Positions 54,311 through 64,000 of a stretch of 64,000 bases of DNA are shown one piece after another. The stretch is from Octopus vulgaris (taxonomy: Eukaryota): positions 28,830,001 to 28,894,000 of the forward strand of contig OX597829.1 of the NCBI GenBank assembly GCA_951406725.2, given 5' to 3'. How positions within the stretch are numbered: position 1 is the first letter of the stretch; every line of letters begins with the position of its first letter. The position numbers and the translations under genes were made by a program. The notes beneath the pieces were generated by a model that was given only the letters and a program-made list of their open reading frames with translations, ran no database searches and was not told the DNA's origin.

Positions 54311-54312
<2 letters not shown>
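54011..54312 (+). mobile_element. tRNA-derived SINE with a distinct core
   Basis: Head cctagtgattagagcagtggactcgcggtc...gggttcgaatc; same family as 60184-60483; tail shared with the 7731/58912 family. Confidence 0.88.
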
Positions 54313-54346
<34 letters not shown>

Positions 54347-54366
54347 TACATACATGTATGTATATG

Positions 54367-54998
54367 TCAGGTCACTTTCAAGTGCTACAGGTAACATGTA
54401 ACCCAGTACAACCTGTTGCTTGGTCGGGCCGTCGGCGACTAAACCGGCAACCCCACCAAGCTTGCTTGGTGAGGAGGGTGTTTATTGGACACCCTGCGGG
54501 ATGAAAAACAATACTCGACAAAGGGCAGAGGAACTCTTGAGAGTCAATGGCCATCCAATAAATGTCTTAAGGCTGTATCATGCGCGGGGACATAGAAATA
54601 ATTGGACTGTTAAACCATTGGGAGTGAAGGACTCCTAGCCTTTGTTAGGGCATCCTTCTAGGAGAAGGTAACTCAGGTAACTGGGATAACTCCGACATGA
54701 AATCTGCGGCTCAGTGGTTACCGATGATGTTGACTTGTTCTTCTTTTTGGATTATGGCTGCTGTTGCTTAGTGAGTAGGATTGAATAAGTGCACAGCCTT
54801 TCCTCACTTTAAAAAAAATCTTCCTGCACAGGCATTGCATGATAACAACATTGTTCATGATTGTTGATGGTGCTGTGAGTCTCAACTGAATGGCTGGCTG
54901 TCGCCTTAAAAAGCAAATTAAAGTCACATTCAATCACAGCACCAATAACAGTTAAATTTCGTGCAATGGCCATACTCAATAACGAGGAGGAAGCCATC
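54367..54998 (+). mobile_element. About 630-bp non-autonomous retroelement in (TATG)n
   Basis: Reverse complement of 21987-22636. Confidence 0.8.
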
Positions 54999-55029
54999 AT
55001 GTATGTATATGCATATACATATACAAATA

Positions 55030-55300
55030 TACAGGATGCTGGAGAGGTGCAACATCACATCCACACCCAGCTATGCATGGCATTTAAAAGAGGAAGGCAT
55101 GCCATACATAATTAGATGGCAGCTCTTTGAACAGCTGGGGCCATATCTCAACAGGAGCAAAGTATGTAAACATTGCTTGTCCGAGAGAGCAAGGAACCTG
55201 AAAATCTTACTTGACTCAAGGGCCTTTTTAAACTCCAAGAAAGAACATCATGAGAACATACTGGCAAGACCATGGAACCAATGAAGACATTCTAAAGGGA
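55030..55300 (+). mobile_element. Penelope-like GIY-YIG endonuclease C-terminal remnant
   Basis: SYAWHLKEEG..YIIRWQL...Y.N.SKVCKHCLSER...LNSKKE matches the PLE W.LK...I.W...C.LCL.EK...LN.R.E pattern. Confidence 0.75.
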
Positions 55301-55380
55301 GCCAACACAAAGGCCAGTTCTTCCTTATTTGTGCCTCTTTTAATATCCTGGCATCAATATAGAATAAACCAATAATATAT

Positions 55381-55735
55381 AAGCTCAGATGTGGCTGCGG
55401 GGTAAGAAGTTTGCTTCCCAACTATATGGTTCTCAGTTCGGTCCCACTGTGTGGCACCTTGGGTAAGAGTCTTCTACTATAACCTCGGGTCAACCAAAGC
55501 CTTGCAAATGGATTTGGTTGATGGAAACTGAAAGAAGCCCATCATATGTATGTATGTAAATGTGTGTGTGTGTGTGTGTGTCTTTGTATTTGTTCCCTAC
55601 AAGCACTTGATAGAATAAGTACCAGGCTTTAAAAAAAAAAAAGTATTGGGGTTGATAAGTTTGACTAAAACCCTTGAAAGATGGTGCCCCAGCAAGGCTG
55701 CAGTCAAATGACTGAAGCAAAATGAAAGATAAAAG
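55381..55735 (+). mobile_element. CORE-type SINE (internally deleted)
   Basis: Family head and tail. Confidence 0.85.
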
Positions 55736-56080
55736 ACAAAAAATAGTTCACATTGATTTCTTTCTCCATCCCCCTTCACTCTTAAAGTAAGTTTCTCCCC
55801 CAGAAAGGCTACATAATTCATCTGCCCAGAGACCAGTTAGCAATTTCCAGAGCAATAATAGTTAAACATAGAGGCCTATAATTATTGACTTCCTTTCTGC
55901 TTTCTTTATCCTTCTATATTAACACTGTTCTTCCTTTTGTCATCTACATTGGTGTTCCACTTTCCATACAATCAGGGAGACATTATTGTAGTATATTATT
56001 ATGTATGCCCCAATATTCAACAATGAAACATCCCACATTCAATAATGTAAACATCCCACTTCTGACAGATAATTTTTTTT

Positions 56081-56238
56081 AGGCATAGCCATGGGTGTGG
56101 TAAGAAGCTTGCTTCCTAACCACATGGTTCTGAGTTCAGTCCCAGTGTGTGGCACCTTGGGTAAGTGACTTCTACCATAACCTTGGTCCTACCAAAACCC
56201 TCTGAGTGGATTTGGTAGACGGAAACTGAAAGAAGCCC

Positions 56239-56269
<31 letters not shown>

Positions 56270-56500
56270 TTGTGTCTGCATTTTCCTCTCATCATCACTT
56301 GACAACAATTGTTGAAGTGTTTGTGTCCCAGTAACTTAGTGGTTTGGCAAAAGAAACCAATAGAATAAGTACCTCTTCTTACAAAAAAGAAAGAAGTACT
56401 GGTTGTTGTTGGGGGTGGGGTCGATTCATTCAACCCTAAGAATTCAAGATGGGGCCTCAGCATGGCTGCAGTCTAGTAACTGAAACAAGTAAAAGATAAA
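56081..56500 (+). mobile_element. CORE-type SINE
   Basis: Family head, core and tail. Confidence 0.85.
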
Positions 56501-56813
56501 AAATGCCATACACATACAGAAAACAATAATACTCAGTGTTACAAGAAACTCTTCCTTAACATTCAAGACACACATAAAAGACATTGTAAAGAAATTAAAA
56601 CGATGTATAAATATTAAGTAATCACAGGTTCCACTTCAGTCAACAAAAAGAAATACCAACACTGGCATACAAATGATATACATTAAGAAATCAGACATGG
56701 ATTCTACCAATCTTTTGTAGGTCTCCTATGAGGTTTATAGGGAGTTTGTAGCTGTTATTGTGATGGTGTGAAGATGGAGTTTAAATTTTCTGGCTCTGGA
56801 TAAAAGAAGCCTT

Positions 56814-57452
<639 letters not shown>

Positions 57453-57590
57453 TAAAAGAAGCCTTGTCTCTGGATGCCATCTGGCTGTATTGAGAAAATA
57501 TATTTACCAGGAGAGCCACTTAGTTATAGTGATCACAAGGGTTCTGTCTATTTATATTTAGGCATGGATTGAGGGAAATTTTTTTATATA

Positions 57591-57788
57591 TAGGCACAGG
57601 CATAGCTGTGTGGTTAAAAAATTCATTTGCAACCGTTTGATTTGGGGTTCAGTCCCACTGAATGGTACCTTGGGCAAGTGTCTTCTACTGTAGCTCCAGG
57701 CTGACCAATGCCTTGTGAGTAAATTTAGTAGATATAAACTGTGTGTGTGTGAGCGTGTGTATGTGGTGGTGGTGGTAGTGGTGTGTGT

Positions 57789-57827
<39 letters not shown>

Positions 57828-57900
57828 ATCTTCGATACTGCTTGACAATTGGTGTTAGTTTGTTTTCGTCTCTGTTACTTAGCAGTTTGGCAAAAGAGAA
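57591..57900 (+). mobile_element. CORE-type SINE, 3'-truncated
   Basis: Family head and core. Confidence 0.8.
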
Positions 57901-57980
57901 GAACCAGACATTGCTTAAGGCAGACTCAGCTGAGGTGTCTGCATTTCATACAGATGATACTTGAATAAAGAGGGTTACTC

Positions 57981-58191
57981 TTTTATTCTTTTACTCCTTT
58001 ACTTGTTTCAGTCATTTGACTGTGGCCATGCTGGAGCACTGCCTTTAGTCAAGCAAATCGACCTCAGGACTTATTCTTTGTAAGCCTAGTACTTATTCTA
58101 TTGGTCTCTTTTGCTGAACCGCTAATTTACAGGGACGTAAACACACCAGCATCGGTTATCAAGCGATGTTGGGGTGACAAACACAGACACA

Positions 58192-58259
<68 letters not shown>

Positions 58260-58423
58260 TATATACGATGGGCTTCTTCCAGTTTCCGTCTACCATTCAC
58301 AAGGCTTTGGTCGGCCTGAGGCTATAGTAGAAGACACTTGCCCAAGGTGCTACTCAGTGGGACTGAACCCGGAACTATGTGGTTGGTAAGCAAGCTACTT
58401 ACCAAACAGCCACTCCTGTGCCT
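57981..58423 (-). mobile_element. Full-length CORE-type SINE, inverted relative to 57591-57900
   Basis: Reverse complement of the family. Confidence 0.9.
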
Positions 58424-58911
58424 ACTTCTAAATATATAAACAGATTTTAACAGGAAGCTGTCATACCCAATGACTGGTGTATTACCATAAACTGCTACAA
58501 AGTTAAAGGAGATGCCTTAGTCCTTTAGTATTCACATTACTTTGTCAAATATAATGCTTATTTATTCATGCTATTTTGAATTAATCATGCATTATCTTGT
58601 AACTTCAAGATTTTGATAATGTGATTATTTATTTTTAGAATGACATTGTAGGATAGGTGTAAGAAGACGGATCAGGTCAGTTTTAACATAAAACAGGTAG
58701 AATATCTGGGCTGAATATGGCTGGATTAAGTGTTAAATGGCTAAAAAGAAGCAACTGTAGAGGAATCAAATTACTAGATGAGATAATGAAAGTCATGGAG
58801 AAAGTCAAACATAATTGATCCATGACAAGATAGACCTGGCACCATGGATGCTATCTCCATAGTAAGACAACTGCCAGAGAAATACTTGGCTAAAAACTAA
58901 ACACTATATCT

Positions 58912-59175
58912 AAAAAAAATAAATAAATGTTCCTTCTCGAGCCATGCCAGGCTCATAAGGGCCAGTTTCCCGGTTTCAGTGGCATAGAAATTCCCCACCT
59001 GGATGGGACGCCGGTCCGTCACAGGATTACTCATTTTTGCCAGCTGAGTGGACTAGAGCAATGTGAAATGAGGTGTTTTGCTCAAGAACATAACGCATCA
59101 CCCGGTCCAGGAATCGAAACCACAACCTTACGATCATGAGTTCAACACCCTAACCACTAAGCCATGTGCCTCCAC
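58912..59175 (-). mobile_element. tRNA SINE (Nin/Deu-like) with 13-bp TSD
   Basis: aaacactatatct at 58899-58911 and 59176-59188. Confidence 0.88.
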
Positions 59176-59388
59176 AAACACTATATCTGGCATCCATTGA
59201 CACAGAAAAGCATCATATCCAATGGCTGCCGTACACTATCACTATTAATTGTATCATCAAGTGATAACACAATTAACTTATGACACAATAGATTATTTTC
59301 AGCATTCATTGATGTACAGAAGACATTTGATAAAATACTTTCACTTCAATATCATCAATCCATTTGTTTCTTTTCTTTCTATCTTTTA

Positions 59389-60900
59389 TACAAAGGTTGG
59401 CTGAAAAGTTCATAGTCTGACCAAGATATTCTCATGGAATGTGACCAAATGAGGTTTATTTTTCAACATTGTCCCCCTTATGGTCCACACACTAGTGTTG
59501 CAGTGCTTGGATCCCATTCATCCTGTTGGTCAAAAAAAGCTTTCATCCTCTTGATAAAAAAATCACCAACAGCAGACATGACATCATCATGCCAGCCAAG
59601 TGTTTCTTCCTGTTGTGGAACAGATGATAATCAGATGTGGCCAAAACAAGAGAGTAGGGAAAATGATCCACTAGCTCAAAGCCTCAGTCATGCACAGCAG
59701 CCATTGCAACCAATGACTTGTGTGCTGGAGCAATGACCTGATGAAACAAAACTCCTCTTGTCAGTTTTCCTGAGCATTTGGCTTTGATAGCCTCTCATAG
59801 CTACCTCAGCAAGTTGGCAAAATACTCTCCATTAATGGAGTGGTCTTTTTGTAGATAGTCAATAAACGCAATGCCTTTTGCATTCCAAGAAACTGAGCGC
59901 ATCATCTTTCCTGCAGATGAAATGACCTGAGCCTTCTTTGGAACAAGAAAGGAGGGGTGCCAGGATTATATTTTTGTCTTTGGCTTACAATGATGAAGCC
60001 AACACTCATTCTGATTTGGGAAATTAACTGGATCAGCATCAACCAATATCAGATTTTCCTGTCATGTGATCAGCCTGGTGCACTTTTGATTAGGTGTCAG
60101 AAGATGTGGCATCCACCAAGCAGACAACCTTTGTCATGTCGAGTTTATTGTGCAGAATATTCTCAACTCTCTCACAGGATATGTTCTTTCTTCTCGAGCC
60201 ATGCCTGGTTCATAAGGGCCAGTTTCCCGGTTTCCTTGGCATATAGGTTCCCCACCTGGATGGGATGCTGGTCCATCGCAGGGGAGCTGCAAGATGCAGG
60301 AGGAAAGAGTGAGAGAAAGTTGTGGCGAAAGAGTCAGCAGAAGTTCGCCATTACCTTCTGCCGGAGCTGCGTGGAGCTTAGGTGTTTTCGCTCATAAACA
60401 CACACATCACCCGGTCCGAGATTTGAAACTGCGATCCCTTGACCGTGAGTGTGCTGCTCTAACCACTAGGCCATGTGCTTCCACTCTCACAGGATATGCT
60501 AATAGCATTGGCTATTTGATCAATTGCCTGCCTTCCATCATCAAATGTAGAATACAATCAATGTTTTTGCTGGTGGTGGCAATTGCTGGATGGTCAGACC
60601 TTGGTTCATTTATAACACTCTCCTTCCCACTCCTAAATTCAGCTGCTCACTTTTGCACTGTTGATAAAGCTAGAGTATCATCCCCTTATGTAGCTACCAT
60701 GTCAGCTTGAATGTCCCGGGGGTGGTGGGTGAGGGATAAACCCTTTTTCTGCAGGTACTTTGATAACAGCATGATGCCAAATTTTGTGTTATTTTCAAGA
60801 GAAGTCATCACTATTTACTTTCGAAGTCTTCTTTGAACAGTCAGATGTCAGTCAACCTGGAAGGAAACAATGTAGTTATTAATAAGAAAAGTTGAAATTC
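59389..60900 (-). mobile_element. Decayed mariner element
   Basis: TA plus caaaggttggctgaaaagttca is the reverse complement of the TIR at 24836-24858; minus-strand KGIAFIDYLQK and VLFHQ motifs. Confidence 0.75.
60184..60483 (-). mobile_element. tRNA SINE nested in the mariner, 15-bp TSD
   Basis: ctctcacaggatatg at 60169-60183 and 60484-60498. Confidence 0.9.
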
Positions 60901-62605
60901 ATGCAAGATTTCACTGCTCATCATCATCATTGTCATCATCATAATCATTTATTATCTGCTTTCCATGCCAGCATGGATTGGATGGCTTGACAGGAGCTGC
61001 GATGTTTAAGGTTTGCACCAAGCTCTATTGTCTGCTTTGGCATTGTTTTTATGGCTGAATGCCCTTCCTAATGCCAACCACTAACAGAGTGTACCTGGGT
61101 GTTTTTCTGTACCTTCAATATTCACTAAATCCAGTGGATTTTGTATCTGTACATGTGTATGTGTGTGTGTGTTCTCCTAGCCATTGATGTGCAAATGTTC
61201 AAGAAGAATGGTATAAACCATATCTGTCATATACACCAACCAAACCTCATATACACACACGTACACAAATGCATATAGACACTCTCTCACACACACACAC
61301 ACACACATACAAATTCAGCAACATTAATACAGGAGTCTGGTGCAAGCTTCGGCCTGGCCGGCTCTTGTGGTTCCATCTCACCCATGCTAGCATGGAAGAT
61401 GAATGTTAAATGATGATGACGAGGATGATGAATCTTATAGTATCAGCCTTATTTTTTTTACACAGACATGACTTGAACCATCACCCACAGCAAAGCAAAT
61501 GCAATTTAGAGAAAAGAGAGGAAGAGGGTGAGTGGGAGGATATAAAAAAAAAAGAAAAATTTTTAAATAAAAACAAAACAAGACCAAAAAAAAAGTGGAC
61601 AAATCATAATCCGCAGGAAAAAAAGAATTAATCTAAGGTTGTAAAGAATGGATTTTATAAATACTTTGACTAACCAGCAGACATACAATAGACTCCTACT
61701 TCCTTTTCTGCAGAAATATTTATTACATTTTTATGAGATTTAATAACTTTGATCAACTAAACTCTCATTCATGATGGAGGAAGACAGTGAAGTGACATTT
61801 CTAAAACTTCCGCTTGCTCATATTTTTCTTTAAAAACCATTCAAGACCTAAACAGGTGGCAGCAATCAAGGTCTTTTTTTTTTTTATTTATTTTTTTTTT
61901 TTCAACGTTTTTATATGTGTGCTATCACTTCCTTTTTTTTTTTCCGGCTGGGTTTCCATTTAAAGCACACCACCAGCAGCAGCAGCAGTGGGGTCGGCAG
62001 CGGCAAGGTGGTGGTGGTGGTGGTGATGGTGGTGGTTGCTATACAGTGGAGCCAGGCATCTGTGGTTTGCAAAAGGGTTAATAATCAGAATAATCATACA
62101 TAGACAAAAGGGATGTATGTATGTATGTATATATGTATGTATGTATATATGTATGTGTGCATGTATGTATGCATATGTGTATGTATGTGTGTGTATGTGT
62201 GTGTGCATATGTATGTATGTATATGTGTTTATGTGTATGTATATATGCATGCATGTATGTATGTATGTATGTATGTATGTATGTATGTTTGTATATAACT
62301 ATGTGTATGTATTCAAGTATGAATATGATTATATATGCATATATATATATATGTATGAATATGTGTGCATACATACAGACATGCATTCATTCATACATAT
62401 GTGCATACATAAGTACGTACATACTTATATACATACATGCATGCACGTGTAAGTATGCATGTATGTATGTATTATGAATGTGTTTATGTATGTATGTACG
62501 TATGTATTTATGTATGTATGTACGTGCGTGTTTTATTTTTTGATTCATAAATTTTTTAAATAACTATATTTTTTAAACAAATATATGTATTTATGTATGC
62601 AAGAA

Positions 62606-62662
<57 letters not shown>

Positions 62663-62845
62663 GCATTTACACACATATATGCACACACATGAACACACAC
62701 ACACACATATATATATAAGATAAACTTACTTGGAAATGGATGTGTGGCATTCAATCATATAATATAAATAATATATATATATGTATGCATATATACATAT
62801 ATATATATATGTACATACATATATATATATGTACGTGTACGTATA

Positions 62846-62903
<58 letters not shown>

Positions 62904-62907
<4 letters not shown>

Positions 62908-63090
62908 ATCCAAACAAGAAAACACAGAAAAAAAGAGAAAAAAACACAGCAACGCAGGACGTGGAACAATTAAAGTATTATTGACGCTCAGGAAAGAAGG
63001 GAAGGAGGGTTTAACGTTTCGAGCGGAGCTCTTCGTCGAAAACAAGGAGAAGGAAAGATCCCAAGAAGGGAAGACAGAGGAAAAAATATT
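62904..63090 (-). mobile_element. Family C PLE-like element with hammerhead variant
   Basis: Minus strand GUUU-UCGACGA-A-GAGC-ucc-GCUC-GAAAC-GUU-AAAC at 63009-63043; (TA)n adjacent. Confidence 0.75.
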
Positions 63091-63198
63091 TGAGCTGGTG
63101 GTGCTCAAGAGATCACAGGGTACAAGACATCACAAAATGTAAACAACATGAAATACAAACTTGGGTATGTATATATCCATATATATATATATATCTAT

Positions 63199-63905
63199 AT
63201 GATTGAATGCCACACATCCATTTCCAAGTAAGTCTATTTTAATAATTTTGACGCGACTCTCCCTTGTACTATTCTCTCTCTTTCCTCTTCAGTTTCTCTC
63301 TCTTCCTTTCTCTAATTCTTTTCCTTCCCCTTCTCCCCCTTTGGTTTTTCTCTCTCATCCTTTCTCTAATTTTTTCTCCCCTTCACCATTTTCTATCTGT
63401 CTCTCTCTCTCTCACACTCTCCCTCTTTCCTGTTTACTGTCTCTTGTTGCTCACACATGACCATCGTCCATCTTTCTTTTCATCATGTGATCATCTTTCT
63501 TTTCTTTCAGTCTCTCTTACAGACCAGACGCATTCTTATCTGTCTCCTCTTCTATCTTTTCTCTTGTCAAAGACTATATTCCTCCCGCTTTTTTCTACCC
63601 ATCTGGCCTAATGGTCCTCCATGTTATGCTTGGTTTTGTTGTATGTCTCCACTGTCCTGTATTTGTTACCAACTTTGACCCTCTGCAAATCTCAAATTTT
63701 ATTTTGGTTCACAGGAGCAACTATCTTTTGAAGCCTCATATTGTCATTAATTACTCGAAATGAGTAGCTGGACAGCCAACAACTGGTGAAGGGTCGTTCA
63801 TTATGTTACTTGGCTTGTTTCCCATTTGTTTCTCTCATTGTTTGCATACCCAAGTTTGTCTTCGTACTTCATGTTGTTTACGTTTTATGACGTCCTGTAC
63901 CGATA
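63199..63905 (+). mobile_element. PLE-like pyrimidine-rich 3' region whose first about 38 bp is duplicated in inverted orientation at 62722-62760
   Basis: atgattgaatgccacacatccatttccaagtaagt on both strands; (TA)n flanks. Confidence 0.55.
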
Positions 63906-63910
63906 TATGC

Positions 63911-63944
<34 letters not shown>

Positions 63945-64000
63945 TATGTATGTATGTACATACATGTAAGTATATATGCATATATATATATGTTTTATTC

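Noticed and set aside
54369-54480. HDV-like ribozyme at the 5' end of the (TATG)n element
   Set aside because: A P1-like pairing exists (ggtcact/ggcgact), but L3, P1.1 and P2 do not fit.

Overview
AT-rich, microsatellite-saturated animal DNA. The SINE families and repeat landscape point to a coleoid cephalopod, most likely Octopus (inference from recognised repeat types, not a search). I found no convincing host protein-coding exon, so the window looks intronic or intergenic. Almost all listed ORFs are microsatellite read-throughs or SINE artefacts. The recognisable content is transposon-derived: a young Ty3/Gypsy LTR element (5' LTR, tRNA-Leu PBS, gag-protease) nested in a decayed Tx1/L1 LINE; RTE, R4/Dong-like and other RLE non-LTR remnants; hAT, mariner and maT transposase relics; TTAA-flanked MITEs; several tRNA-derived SINE families; and Penelope-like (PLE) fragments. 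The main signal not shown by the ORF track is a set of small non-coding elements carrying minimal hammerhead ribozyme (HHR) folds, from at least five unrelated families, mostly inserted in (TA)n. They include a 358-bp retrozyme-like unit with a terminal direct repeat and two families with shared catalytic-core variants. The most unusual is a palindromic, 13-bp-TSD-flanked insertion (56814-57452) that fuses a tRNA-derived Pol III head to a PLE-type HHR tail, i.e. a candidate Penelope-mobilised, ribozyme-bearing SINE. Several long inverted repeats (possible dsRNA/ADAR substrates), a possible HDV-like ribozyme, a possible type II HHR and one miRNA-like hairpin are also flagged. All folds and identities were worked out by eye and need computational confirmation.
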